In this document: piece by piece, positions 1 through 9,847 of the stretch
Layout: each line of letters opens with the position of its first letter
How positions within the stretch are numbered: position 1 is the first letter of the stretch
NCBI GenBank assembly: GCA_019058315.1
Contig: JAHPZH010000004.1
Coordinates: 32,001-96,000 of the forward strand
Length of the DNA: 64,000 nt
Direction of reading: 5' to 3'
Origin: Candidatus Helarchaeota archaeon
Lineage (GTDB): Archaea > Asgardarchaeota > Lokiarchaeia > Helarchaeales > RDOG01
Program-made: the position numbers and the translations under genes
The notes under the pieces: generated by a model
Databases searched by the model: none
What the model was told of the DNA's origin: nothing
Seen by the model: the letters and a program-made list of their open reading frames with translations, nothing else

Positions 1-876
1 ATAACTCTTTCATTAGGTGATGAAGGGATAGTAGGAGAACGTATTTCAATAATTCAATTCGTAAAATTTCAACTTTTAGGAATGGTTTTCCCATTTGAAG
101 TAAAAGATGAGACTTCAAGGGGAGGGGTTGTTGACTCAAATATAGTTATATTATTTAATGAGAAGTATACCTCGATTGCGTATAAATATAGTGATTTATT
201 TAATGCTCTACTAACTGAGGTTTCTAAAAAAATAAAAGAAAGTGAATTGGAGAATAAAAAAGAAGAAGTTGAATCCTTAATGATTCAACTTTATGAAAAA
301 TTACTCACAAATCTCGAATCCTTAAAAAAAGCCGAGGAGCAAGCTTTAAAACCTGCCAAGAAGAAACCTGCTTATAGATTTAAGGTTGTAGTTATCGGAG
401 ATGGTAGAGTAGGTAAAACCACCACACTTCTCCGTTATGTAGATAATGCTTTTCAAGAAACTTATTTGCCTACAATTGGAGTTAATGTATCTAACAAGGA
501 TATTTCAGTAGCTGGAAAAAAAATAAGGTTAAATTTTTATGATATTGCAGGTCAGGAAAAATTTAAACTCATGCGTAGAGTTTTTTATGAAGGTTTGAAT
601 GGAGCTGTCATAATGTTCGATGTTACATCAATTGAATCATTTCAACACCTTGAAAATTGGATTAAAGATGTAACTGAGGCATTTTCACCCAAAAAACTTA
701 AGGGAATTATAGTTGGTAATAAAATTGATTTGGAATCACAAAGATTAATTAAAAAAGAAGATGCTGAAGCTATTGCAAATAAATTTGGGTTAAATTACAT
801 CGAAACTTCTGCAAAAACGGGTGATAATATTAAAGAATCATTTAAGGTCCTTGCAGAATTAATATTAGAAAAATAA
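1..876 (+). CDS. Rab-like small GTPase with N-terminal longin/uDENN-like domain (5'-truncated by window edge)
   Basis: Frame 1 is open from base 1 (ITLSLGDEGIVGERISIIQFVKFQLLGMVF), matching the paralog's TMTLLTGEEGRVPKEVSIISFVKYQLIG, so ATG 82 is internal. G motifs: GDGRVGKT, YLPTIG, DIAGQE, NKID, ETSAK. Confidence 0.9.
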   Translation: MTLSLGDEGIVGERISIIQFVKFQLLGMVFPFEVKDETSRGGVVDSNIVILFNEKYTSIAYKYSDLFNALLTEVSKKIKESELENKKEEVESLMIQLYEKLLTNLESLKKAEEQALKPAKKKPAYRFKVVVIGDGRVGKTTTLLRYVDNAFQETYLPTIGVNVSNKDISVAGKKIRLNFYDIAGQEKFKLMRRVFYEGLNGAVIMFDVTSIESFQHLENWIKDVTEAFSPKKLKGIIVGNKIDLESQRLIKKEDAEAIANKFGLNYIETSAKTGDNIKESFKVLAELILEK

Positions 877-939
877 AAATAGTAAATCTTGATAAAAAAT
901 AAAAAGAGATTTTAAGCACCTTATTAATTAAAATAAAAT

Positions 940-1950
940 ATGGAAAATGAAAAACAAATTTTGAAGGGGATTATTTATACTATTGTGGGAGATTTAGGTC
1001 CTACAGTTAAAATTCATTATCCAGAAACTGAATTTGATCTCCCAATTTTAGAATTAGTTGCGATCAAAACTATGACACTATTAACTGGGGAAGAGGGAAG
1101 AGTTCCTAAAGAAGTATCAATTATTTCTTTTGTAAAATACCAACTGATTGGTATTGTTTACCATTTTGAATTTAAAGATGAAAAATCACGGGGAGGGGCT
1201 ATTGATTCAAATATTACTGTACTTTTTAATGAAAAATACTCCTCAATTGCTTATAAATATTCAGAACAATTTGAAAAATTACTAAAACAGGTAGCAAATG
1301 AAATTATAAAGAATGAAATTTCAAATAATGAACAAAAAATACATTTAATATTACAACAGCTTTATCAAAAACTGCTAATTAATTTAGAATCTATTAGAGA
1401 AGCAGAAAAAAAAGCTAGAGAAAGAGTTGTAGAAAAAAAACCAGATTTTAGATTCAAAGTAGTGGTTATAGGAGACGCGGGAGTAGGAAAAACAACATTA
1501 CTTTTACGTTCTGTGGATAATAGCTTTCAAGAAAGTTATCTCCCTACGATTGGAGTGAATGTATGTAACAAAAAAATTTCAATAGCTAATAAAAATATTC
1601 ATTTGAATATCTTTGATATAGCAGGCCAAGAAAAATTCTCATTGATGCGAAGAGTTTTTTATGAAGATGTAAATGGGGTCTTAATGATGTTTGATGTTAC
1701 CAATAAGGAATCTTTTGATCATCTTGATAATTGGTTTGCAGATGTTTCCCCTAATTTCTCATCAAAAAAACCTATAGGTCTGATTATTGGAAATAAGATT
1801 GATTTGAAATCAAAACGAGTAATTACTAAAAAGACTGCAGAAAGTATGGCAAAAAAGTTCGGATTAGGGTATATTGAGACTTCAGCAAAGACAGGGGAGA
1901 AAGTAAATGAAGCTTTTAAGCATGTTGCTGAAGTTTTAATCTCATTATAA
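940..1950 (+). CDS. Rab-like small GTPase with N-terminal longin/uDENN-like domain
   Basis: GDAGVGKT, PTIG, DIAGQE, NKID, ETSAK; about 165-aa N-terminal domain starting GIIYTIVGDLGP; tandem paralog of the upstream gene. Confidence 0.9.
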   Translation: MENEKQILKGIIYTIVGDLGPTVKIHYPETEFDLPILELVAIKTMTLLTGEEGRVPKEVSIISFVKYQLIGIVYHFEFKDEKSRGGAIDSNITVLFNEKYSSIAYKYSEQFEKLLKQVANEIIKNEISNNEQKIHLILQQLYQKLLINLESIREAEKKARERVVEKKPDFRFKVVVIGDAGVGKTTLLLRSVDNSFQESYLPTIGVNVCNKKISIANKNIHLNIFDIAGQEKFSLMRRVFYEDVNGVLMMFDVTNKESFDHLDNWFADVSPNFSSKKPIGLIIGNKIDLKSKRVITKKTAESMAKKFGLGYIETSAKTGEKVNEAFKHVAEVLISL

Positions 1951-1972
1951 AAGATTTAAAATAAATTTTAAA

Positions 1973-3004
1973 TTAACGTTTCTTTTCAAGGATTTTTTTA
2001 CTAATTAATTCGAATATTAAGTCAACATTATCACCAGTTCTTGCAGAGGTCTCCAGATACGTTAATCCCGTTTTCTCTGCTATTACTTGCCCAGCTTTTG
2101 AACCTATGACACGATTCTCCTTAAGATCAATCTTATTTGCTAAAATAATTCCATTCCAATCTCTATCCAAGTTTTGCTGGACGTCTTTAAACCAGCTTGC
2201 AGTATTAACGAATGTCTGTTTATTTGTAACATCAAAGACAAAAATAACTCCATCCGCTCCAGAGTAAAACATTTTTCTTAATTGATTAAATTTTTCTTGC
2301 CCCGCAATATCCCATATGATTAATTCAATATAGGCCTCTTGAGGATCCTGCAATGTTACTAGTTTTGTTGAGGTCTGAACCCCAATTGTTGGCACATATA
2401 ATTTTTTAAATGCTCTATCAACATATCGGAGTATTAAAGTAGTCTTTCCAACTGCCGGGTCGCCAACTACTATAATTTTAAATCGATATTTTGTCTTAGG
2501 GGGAGTAACAGTTAATTTAGGTGCCGGAAATTGTTCACGTTCCTCAATTTGTCGTAATTCTTTTAATTGATCCAAAATATCCAAATAAAAACTTTCAAGC
2601 GATTTCGAGAATTGTGAACTGTTTTTTTCTCTTTCTAATTTAAATATAATTTTCGAAAATTCATTCAAACGATCATTTAAATTGTTAAAATATTTATAAA
2701 TTACCGAATTATATTTATCATTAAATAGAATTGTTATCGAAGCATCTCTACGTCCACCGCGGGCTTGTGGGTCTTCGATTTCTAAATATTTTACTAATCC
2801 AGAGCGCTCTAAATTTGGAAATGGTACTACTGCTGTTGTTTCTGGAACTTCGCCTTCTTCGCCAGTTAATAAAGTAATGGATTTTAAAGAGATTAATCTT
2901 AAAGTATCATGTTTTAATTCTAAAGGAAACCAAGCTATCGGAGAAGGTCCTATATTCTCAAATTTTGAGTAAACTACACCTTTTAAAATTTCTTCTTCTA
3001 TCAT
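1973..3004 (-). CDS. Rab-like small GTPase with N-terminal longin/uDENN-like domain
   Basis: GDPAVGKT, PTIG, WDIAGQE, NKID, ETSAR; N-terminus GVVYSKFENIGPSPIAWFP; shares LLTGEEG and RGG motifs with its neighbours. Confidence 0.9.
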   Translation of the reverse strand: MIEEEILKGVVYSKFENIGPSPIAWFPLELKHDTLRLISLKSITLLTGEEGEVPETTAVVPFPNLERSGLVKYLEIEDPQARGGRRDASITILFNDKYNSVIYKYFNNLNDRLNEFSKIIFKLEREKNSSQFSKSLESFYLDILDQLKELRQIEEREQFPAPKLTVTPPKTKYRFKIIVVGDPAVGKTTLILRYVDRAFKKLYVPTIGVQTSTKLVTLQDPQEAYIELIIWDIAGQEKFNQLRKMFYSGADGVIFVFDVTNKQTFVNTASWFKDVQQNLDRDWNGIILANKIDLKENRVIGSKAGQVIAEKTGLTYLETSARTGDNVDLIFELISKKILEKKR

Positions 3005-3291
3005 TGAAGCCTTGCCTTCTGCTATACTTATTTAAAAAGAATTATGATTTTGATATGTAAGTATTATAATTATAAACTTTCTTATTGCGGATCAATTTAA
3101 GCCAATTTTATTAAATGTTTGGATTCCAATTTTTATCCTCTTTAATTTTAGAGAATCTTATTTGAAAAACAAATCAAAATAATTATGATAAAATTTATGA
3201 TTTGAAATGAGAGAAAAATTATTTTAAAAAAATGCAACAAAATTATATTTTATAATCTAATGTTACAAAAAGTTTTAAGCGAGGAATTAAT

Positions 3292-4131
3292 ATGGTTGTT
3301 CTTCTTAGTGATTTTATTTGGCTTTCCGGAGTAATATTGTTTATTGCTTTTATTAGTATTTTAATTCTTTTCTCAATTTATTTTATTAAAAAAGCTCGTA
3401 AAACTTCCCTTGAAATGGAACGAAGAGATATTTATGGATATTGTATTGCGCTTTTTTATTTAATTATAGGTATTACATACTTTATTCGCCTCTATTTTAT
3501 GTTCTATTTACCCCCAGATCAGATATTATTCGTTTTTAATCTTGTTTCTACTGCGCGTCTAGACCCTGGAATTCGATTATTTTGGCAAATTCATATGTCA
3601 ATCGCGTTCTTAGGAATTAGTATTCTTATGATTGGAGTCGAAACCCAAGTATATACAAAATTTCATTATATAATATCCGCAATAACCTTGATCTTTACCC
3701 CCATTTTAGTCCTAGTTCCATATGATTTATCCCATGCTCTATATCTCCTTCCAATGGGAACTCCAATCGTCATTATAATAATCTATATCTATGTTGGATT
3801 TCAAAATCCTGGTTCAATTCGAAAAAATTCATCTGCAATAGTAATAGGATGGTTAATTTTTATATTAGGTATTTTTTTAAACTCAACAACTATGAGAAAT
3901 ACATTTAATCTTGGAACTTTTACAACCTTTAAGTTTGGAAATTTTTCTACTGATCCTTATGGAACAATGGCAATTTTGTATTCTCAATTTGAGCTTAATG
4001 GTGTGATATTCTATGTTTTCAATATATTAAATTCTGAATATACAGCAATTGTTCCCGTAATACTTGCTCCGATTTCTCTTATAACCGGATTCTTAATTCA
4101 AGCTGCAGGTTATTCCCGGAAGTTTGATTAA
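3292..4131 (+). CDS. Multi-pass membrane protein, unknown function
   Basis: 279-aa ORF, about 7 hydrophobic segments, GAGG RBS upstream. Confidence 0.75.
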   Translation: MVVLLSDFIWLSGVILFIAFISILILFSIYFIKKARKTSLEMERRDIYGYCIALFYLIIGITYFIRLYFMFYLPPDQILFVFNLVSTARLDPGIRLFWQIHMSIAFLGISILMIGVETQVYTKFHYIISAITLIFTPILVLVPYDLSHALYLLPMGTPIVIIIIYIYVGFQNPGSIRKNSSAIVIGWLIFILGIFLNSTTMRNTFNLGTFTTFKFGNFSTDPYGTMAILYSQFELNGVIFYVFNILNSEYTAIVPVILAPISLITGFLIQAAGYSRKFD

Positions 4132-4175
4132 TATCTATTTAATCCAATTTAATTTGATATAAAAACAAATTTAGG

Positions 4176-5561
4176 CTATATTAACGACTTTCCAACCATA
4201 GGTTCAATTTTTTCTCCTAAAAATTTTAAGATTGTTGGTGTTATATCAGAAGTTTTTGCAAATGGTATCTCTTTTTTCCCCAATCCTTTTCCAGAAATTA
4301 TTAAAGGCACATTCATAGTGTTTCTGTGGCAAACATCATGAGAAAATAAATGATGGTAAACCGTTTTTGCATCAGTAACTGCAACTATATCATGTGAACG
4401 TTTGTTAATATTAAGAAAACGAGGAAGCTGATCGACGATTATGGGATTATCAATATGATATGTATGCTCGAGCCATTCGTCAATTGAATGAAATTGTCCA
4501 TCCAAGAGCTTGCTTGCCTTCGGATCTTTTTCATAACCAAATAAATCATTTTTTTCAAATGAATATTTTGTCTTTCCGTTATTATATTCTATAATTCCTT
4601 CTCCATTATGACTTTTTAATTGAATAATCCCTTTGTCTTTCCTACAATCTCCATCACGATAATAAATTTGCTGAACGCCATCAAGGTTCAAAATAGTTTC
4701 AAAGAGATTTACTTTTTTGGGTCCATATTTAGTCATCTTTTCGTAAGAAGCTCTTTGTCGCCAATCATTTTCTTCCTTGAAATTAAAAAATCCGACGCCT
4801 CCAAATTCTCCCCAATAATCCTTGTTGCGAATTAAACCAAATTTTTCAAGGGAGCTATTTAGATCTCTTTATACATTGGCACTATAATTTCCATGATCTG
4901 AAGTAATAACAAAAAGTGTATCATCAAAATAATTATTTTCTTCTAATTTCTTAATTATTCGACCTATTTGTCTATCTACCTTTCTTAAACTTTTAAGATA
5001 AACATCAGATTCGGAACCATATTCATGTAAAATCACATCACTATCGAAATACCAAGCTGCAGTAAATTTCGGAGCTTCATTAACTTCAAAAAATTCTTTA
5101 GGGTATAAAAAACCTTTAATTACTGCTTTATCCAAAGATGTTAAAAACTCTTGACGATTAAACCCATAATCTCTAGTTGCACCACGAAAGATGAATTCAA
5201 ATGCAGAAAAAGTGTTTCCATCTACTTTTTCATATATAGTTTTAACGTCCTTATTCAGATGGTCATTAATTTCTAAGCCAATAATACCTTTTGTATAATC
5301 AATTTCTGTTAATTCAGCATAATTTCTATCTACCCATTTGAGCAATGGGACTTCGTAACTATCTGGATATTGCCCTGTTAAAATAGTAGTGTGTGATGGG
5401 ACAGTAATTGCTGGAAATGTGCAGATACAATTTTTACAATAAAGCCCATCAGCTAAATATTTAGAGATATTTTTCAAATATCCCTTTTCAACTAAATCAA
5501 AGAATTGGTCTGCTCTTACATCATCAATAATTAATAAAATTGCATGATTAAATGTTTTCAT
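4176..5561 (-). pseudogene. Alkaline phosphatase-superfamily (type I phosphodiesterase/nucleotide pyrophosphatase) gene interrupted by one in-frame TAA at 4869-4871
   Basis: IIDDVRAD, TFPAITVPSH..ILTG, D..LHEYG and TSDHG motifs. The frame continues past TAA (SDHGNYSANV*RDLNSSLEKFGL...YEKMTKYGP) into ORF 4176-4736, which carries the C-terminal SHD..VPLIISG..DITPTIL motif. Confidence 0.8.
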
Positions 5562-5588
5562 TTTTAGTCCTTAAAATTATTTCTTTAT

Positions 5589-7016
5589 CTAAGTATTTTT
5601 ATCTAGGTATTTTCTATATTCTAACATCGCTTTAATGCACCTAACAGCTTGTTGCATCGACGAAATCACGGGAATATTAAAAGCTTCGCCCGCGCTGCGT
5701 ACTACGCTAGTTAAAAGGGGGCTTGCGAATGTGCTAATAATCTTCGGTTTATCCAATCCAAATTTAGCGATTTGTTTTGTATACATTTTAAACATCTCTC
5801 TTGATATAGATAGAGGATCTTCTTCTGATACGTTTAAAACTTGTTCTGGTATAACTATAATCTGGACTAAAGCATCCACATTTTCATCTTCTAAAACTTG
5901 TTTTATACTAAATGTCATTAATTCGGGTCCAGCTGGTCCTATATCTACTGGATTCCTTAATGCTGAAACCCAATTAAATTTAGGATACGCTTTTTTTTCT
6001 AATTTTTCAATAGTATCATCTGATAATTTTGCTAACTTTAATCCCACCCTTGAAATTTCATCACAGGTCAGAATTCCTAGACTACCGCTTGTTGTAATAA
6101 CCGCAATTCTTTCTCCTTTTGGTAATGGTTGAGCGGCAAAAACTCGTGCAAAATCAAATAATTGATAAAAATTTTCTGCACGTATTACTCCAATTTGTTT
6201 AAATAGAGCATCATAAACAATATCATTTCCAGCAATACTTCCAGTATGGCTTAATGCTGCTTTGGACCCGATATCAGATCTACCATTTTTTACAACAATA
6301 ATAGGTTTCTTTTTAGAGACTCTACTTAGAATATTTCTAAATCTAGTTTCATTTCCTATTTTAACACCCTCTAAATAGACTGCTATTACTTTTGTTCTCT
6401 CATCAGTCTCCAGATATTCTATAACATCTATTTCATCGACATCAACTTTGTTCCCTAAGGTGATGACTTTATTAAAGCCGAATCCATTCCCTCTTGCCCA
6501 ATCTATTACAATATTTCCTAATACACCACTTTGAGCAATAATAGAAATATTACCTGTTTTCGCATTAGATAAATCTGAACCAGAAGTACAGAATTTTGTA
6601 TATACATCCGTAACTCCTACACAATTGGGACCTATAATTCTAACACCAGTGTCTTTAGCAATTTTTGAAATTTTATTTTGAAGCTGTGTCTCTTCTTCAC
6701 GTCCAGTTTCTGAAAAACCAGCAGATTCTATTATTATTCCCTTTACTCCTTTTTCGATGCTCTCTAAAACAACTTGAAGAACATTTTTCATAGGTACTAA
6801 TACTAAAGAAAGTTCCACATCATCAGGAATGTCTTTAACATTTTTATATGCTTTTTGCCCGAGAATCGTTTCTTTTTTAATGTGAACTGGAAATATTTTA
6901 AATTTTCCGGATTTTATTAAATAATTAGTCTGAAAATACCCAAATTTCGGAGTATCTGTGGCTCCAATAATGGCGACGGATTTGGGGTCGAAAAAATAAC
7001 TTAAATCACTTGTCAA
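5589..7016 (-). CDS. Acyl-CoA synthetase (NDP-forming) alpha subunit / CoA-binding protein
   Basis: PKSVAIIGA, SAGFSE, RIIGPNCVG, QSG, LGNKVD, SHTGSIAG, NPVD motifs. Confidence 0.9.
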   Translation of the reverse strand: MTSDLSYFFDPKSVAIIGATDTPKFGYFQTNYLIKSGKFKIFPVHIKKETILGQKAYKNVKDIPDDVELSLVLVPMKNVLQVVLESIEKGVKGIIIESAGFSETGREEETQLQNKISKIAKDTGVRIIGPNCVGVTDVYTKFCTSGSDLSNAKTGNISIIAQSGVLGNIVIDWARGNGFGFNKVITLGNKVDVDEIDVIEYLETDERTKVIAVYLEGVKIGNETRFRNILSRVSKKKPIIVVKNGRSDIGSKAALSHTGSIAGNDIVYDALFKQIGVIRAENFYQLFDFARVFAAQPLPKGERIAVITTSGSLGILTCDEISRVGLKLAKLSDDTIEKLEKKAYPKFNWVSALRNPVDIGPAGPELMTFSIKQVLEDENVDALVQIIVIPEQVLNVSEEDPLSISREMFKMYTKQIAKFGLDKPKIISTFASPLLTSVVRSAGEAFNIPVISSMQQAVRCIKAMLEYRKYLDKNT

Positions 7017-7118
7017 TTTTATCTATATACTCTTCATTATTTTTCTTATAAAATTTAGGACATCAAATTTTTCAACAAATTTATAATAATCAGTAAGTAG
7101 AAATTTAATAAATTTGGA

Positions 7119-7970
7119 GTGAAAAAGATGGAACTAAATACTTTTCAATGGTGGATTATACTGAATTATATCTTTAAATATCCACCTGAATTCGAACAAA
7201 AGTTCTTTTGGTTCATTAAAATAACTCCTGGAATGAATGTAGACATTGGTACAATGCTCTTAACCGAAATTTTGGTATATATTGCTACAATCTTTACTTT
7301 TTATCATAGCTATAAAAAATATGGGTTTTGGAAATCATTTTTATTCCTTTCCGGGTCCTTCGTATACACCGGTCTTGAAGAAACCATTTGGGTTTATGTT
7401 GGTTTTCAAGGAAGTTGGGGAATTCCGGCATTTCTAACGGGAACTATCTATCCCCCAACATATTATTGGAATTATTATAAAGCTCTAACATGGTTCTTAG
7501 CAATTCCAGTTAATGCTTGCTTTGGTTGGTATTTTATCGCTTACGGAACCGTATATCTTGTCGAGACAGTTATTCCTAAATGGGATGTTAACACAAATAG
7601 TGGTCTTTTTAAGATATCATTGGTTGCTGGGTTATTAGCAATGAATATGGATTTGTTTATAGATCCAATTATGGTGCGTAATGAGTCTTGGTATTGGTTA
7701 ACTTCATTAGAGCAAAATTTGTACGTTTTTGGTATTCCGGTATTTAACTTCGTTGGTTGGTTTCTCTTAATATTTTTCTTCTCGTTATATTGGAATAAGT
7801 TAGTATCTTATGAAGAAAAATGGGGCCGAAAGAAGACAATTTTGGTTTTCTATGTTGGACTTGTAGGGTTGCTTTTTGCTACAATTTACTTAATTTTAAT
7901 AATTGCAGCAACACTGATTCCACTATATGGAATTAATTTATCAATACCAGGAGCAGGAGGACTTATTTAG
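7119..7970 (+). CDS. CruF/DUF422-like (carotenoid 1,2-hydratase family) membrane protein
   Basis: DLFIDP...WYW...GIPVFNFVGWF signature; multiple TM helices. Confidence 0.7.
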   Translation: MKKMELNTFQWWIILNYIFKYPPEFEQKFFWFIKITPGMNVDIGTMLLTEILVYIATIFTFYHSYKKYGFWKSFLFLSGSFVYTGLEETIWVYVGFQGSWGIPAFLTGTIYPPTYYWNYYKALTWFLAIPVNACFGWYFIAYGTVYLVETVIPKWDVNTNSGLFKISLVAGLLAMNMDLFIDPIMVRNESWYWLTSLEQNLYVFGIPVFNFVGWFLLIFFFSLYWNKLVSYEEKWGRKKTILVFYVGLVGLLFATIYLILIIAATLIPLYGINLSIPGAGGLI

Positions 7971-7981
7971 GAGGTTCAAAA

Positions 7982-8215
7982 ATGAATAGAAAATATTTGC
8001 CAATAATTAGTTTGCTATTATTTTGGATTCCAGTAGTCTTATTAAGTGGAGTTGTCGGAGGCATAGGCATGATAAATATTCATGGTTTTTTCAGAGGAGA
8101 AGTTTCAGGTGTCACCCCTTTAGATTCAAATCAAAGTCTATTTTTACTGTTGACCCAAATACCATTCTTAATCTTTGTTATATTTGCATTTAGAAAAATT
8201 AAAAACGAAGATTAA
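7982..8215 (+). CDS. Small 2-TM membrane protein
   Basis: 77 aa, GGAGG RBS, 11 nt after the CruF-like gene, T-tract downstream. Confidence 0.65.
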   Translation: MNRKYLPIISLLLFWIPVVLLSGVVGGIGMINIHGFFRGEVSGVTPLDSNQSLFLLLTQIPFLIFVIFAFRKIKNED

Positions 8216-8322
8216 TAATATTTTCAATTTTTTTTATTTCTTTTTTTTAAAATATCGTACTTTTACTGATTACACTTTAAAATGAATTCAATAAGATATT
8301 CATAAAAAGGAGAAGATGACTG

Positions 8323-9735
8323 ATGTCTGAAAAATTTGATGCATTAATAGTTGGTGGTGGTGTAGGAGGTTGCGCAATAGGAGCACTCCTTGCCTATAAT
8401 GGTTATAAAGTGAAACTTTTTGATAAAAATAAAATAATCGGTGGGAGATGTACAACCTACGATTATAAAGGATTCAAGCTGGATTTGGGAGTCCATCTAT
8501 TTGGAGTAGGTCCAAACGGTTATCTGGGTGATGTATTAAAGCGTATTGAAATGCCAGATGCGATTAAATGGGTTCTTTCTAAGGATCCAAGACCTTTGAT
8601 GAATTATTGTGGTGAAGAATTAATTTATTCCAGAAAGGCTATGAGTCAAATTGCTGAAAAATATGCACCCGGAGAATTTGATAAGGCTATGAAATTCTTT
8701 GCAGATTGTCTTTCAATACGAAAAAAGCAAATCAGAGAACTGTATTACACACCCTTTAATGAATTTTTAAATCAATACACTACAAATAAAATTATTCATA
8801 CACTACTTTCTGGAATTGTGGGACAATATTTTTGCGTTTTGCCTGAAAAAGCTTCTGCTGGAGAATTCATTAGATGTTTTCGACAAGTAGCCTCATCACG
8901 CTCCTCTGCTTATCCAATTGGTGGTTGTATTGCTATTCCTCAAGCTTATGTTGATGGGATTAAAAAATATGGGGGAGAAGTTCAATTAGATGCAAAAATT
9001 AAAAAAATTCATGTAGAAGATGATAGGGCTACAGGAATAGAATTGGAAGATGGATCAACATATGAATCAGATATAATCATTAGTAATGCTGATATTCAAA
9101 ATACAGTTTCAAATTTGGTTGGAGAGAAATATTTTCCATCAGATTATGTTGAGCGAGTAAAGAATTTAACCTATGCTCAATATTGTTTAAGTATCAAGGT
9201 TGCATTAGATGAAAAGGTGACCGACCAGAAATTAATACTATACTTACCGTATGAATATAGTGAAATTGACAGAACTACAGGAGTATTTGCTGGTGAAATA
9301 CCTGATAAAGTGGGAGGTATGATAACATCTCCAACTAATTATGATTCTAATTTGGCACCTCCAGGAAAACAATCAATTTTCTTTGGAACTGGGTGTTTAC
9401 CAGGAGAAACAATGGAACAATACAAAAAAATTGGGGAAAAATGTCTAGAGTCCTTAAAAACCGTTTTTCCTACTATAGAAGATCACATTGAATGGTATAA
9501 AACAGATACTCCCACTTTAGTTGAAAGCTATGCTGGTGAATATGGGAACATTATCGGAGTTGGTCAGACTGTAGATCAAATACATGAACGAAGACCATCT
9601 CAAATTACACCCATAAAAGGTTTATATATAGTAGGTGCAGAGGCAGGTGGTCATGGAATTGGTGCTGAATTAGCTGCAAATAGTGCAATTGAATTGGTTG
9701 ATATTCTTCTTGAAAAGACTATCCCGGCAAAATAA
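8323..9735 (+). CDS. Phytoene desaturase-family FAD-dependent oxidoreductase
   Basis: GGGVGG Rossmann motif, GGRCTT..GFKLDLG, YPIGG, IISNAD, TPIKGLYIVG. Confidence 0.85.
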   Translation: MSEKFDALIVGGGVGGCAIGALLAYNGYKVKLFDKNKIIGGRCTTYDYKGFKLDLGVHLFGVGPNGYLGDVLKRIEMPDAIKWVLSKDPRPLMNYCGEELIYSRKAMSQIAEKYAPGEFDKAMKFFADCLSIRKKQIRELYYTPFNEFLNQYTTNKIIHTLLSGIVGQYFCVLPEKASAGEFIRCFRQVASSRSSAYPIGGCIAIPQAYVDGIKKYGGEVQLDAKIKKIHVEDDRATGIELEDGSTYESDIIISNADIQNTVSNLVGEKYFPSDYVERVKNLTYAQYCLSIKVALDEKVTDQKLILYLPYEYSEIDRTTGVFAGEIPDKVGGMITSPTNYDSNLAPPGKQSIFFGTGCLPGETMEQYKKIGEKCLESLKTVFPTIEDHIEWYKTDTPTLVESYAGEYGNIIGVGQTVDQIHERRPSQITPIKGLYIVGAEAGGHGIGAELAANSAIELVDILLEKTIPAK

Positions 9736-9847
9736 AAATTTTAAAATACCAAAGTAATTCTAAAATAGCTGATATAAATTAGGTTTAAAAAAGATTTAAA
9801 AAAATAGAATAAACACAGAATATAAAAAAAAGGGGGTTATTTTCCGT

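Noticed and set aside
4855-4905. Hairpin around the in-frame TAA as a second BHB intron
   Set aside because: There is no 4-bp central helix between two 3-nt bulges, and the frame reads naturally through the stop without removing sequence.
5635-6132. 165-aa + strand ORF and the other short (60-120 aa) ORFs nested antisense in long genes
   Set aside because: They overlap well-supported genes on the opposite strand and show no recognisable motifs.
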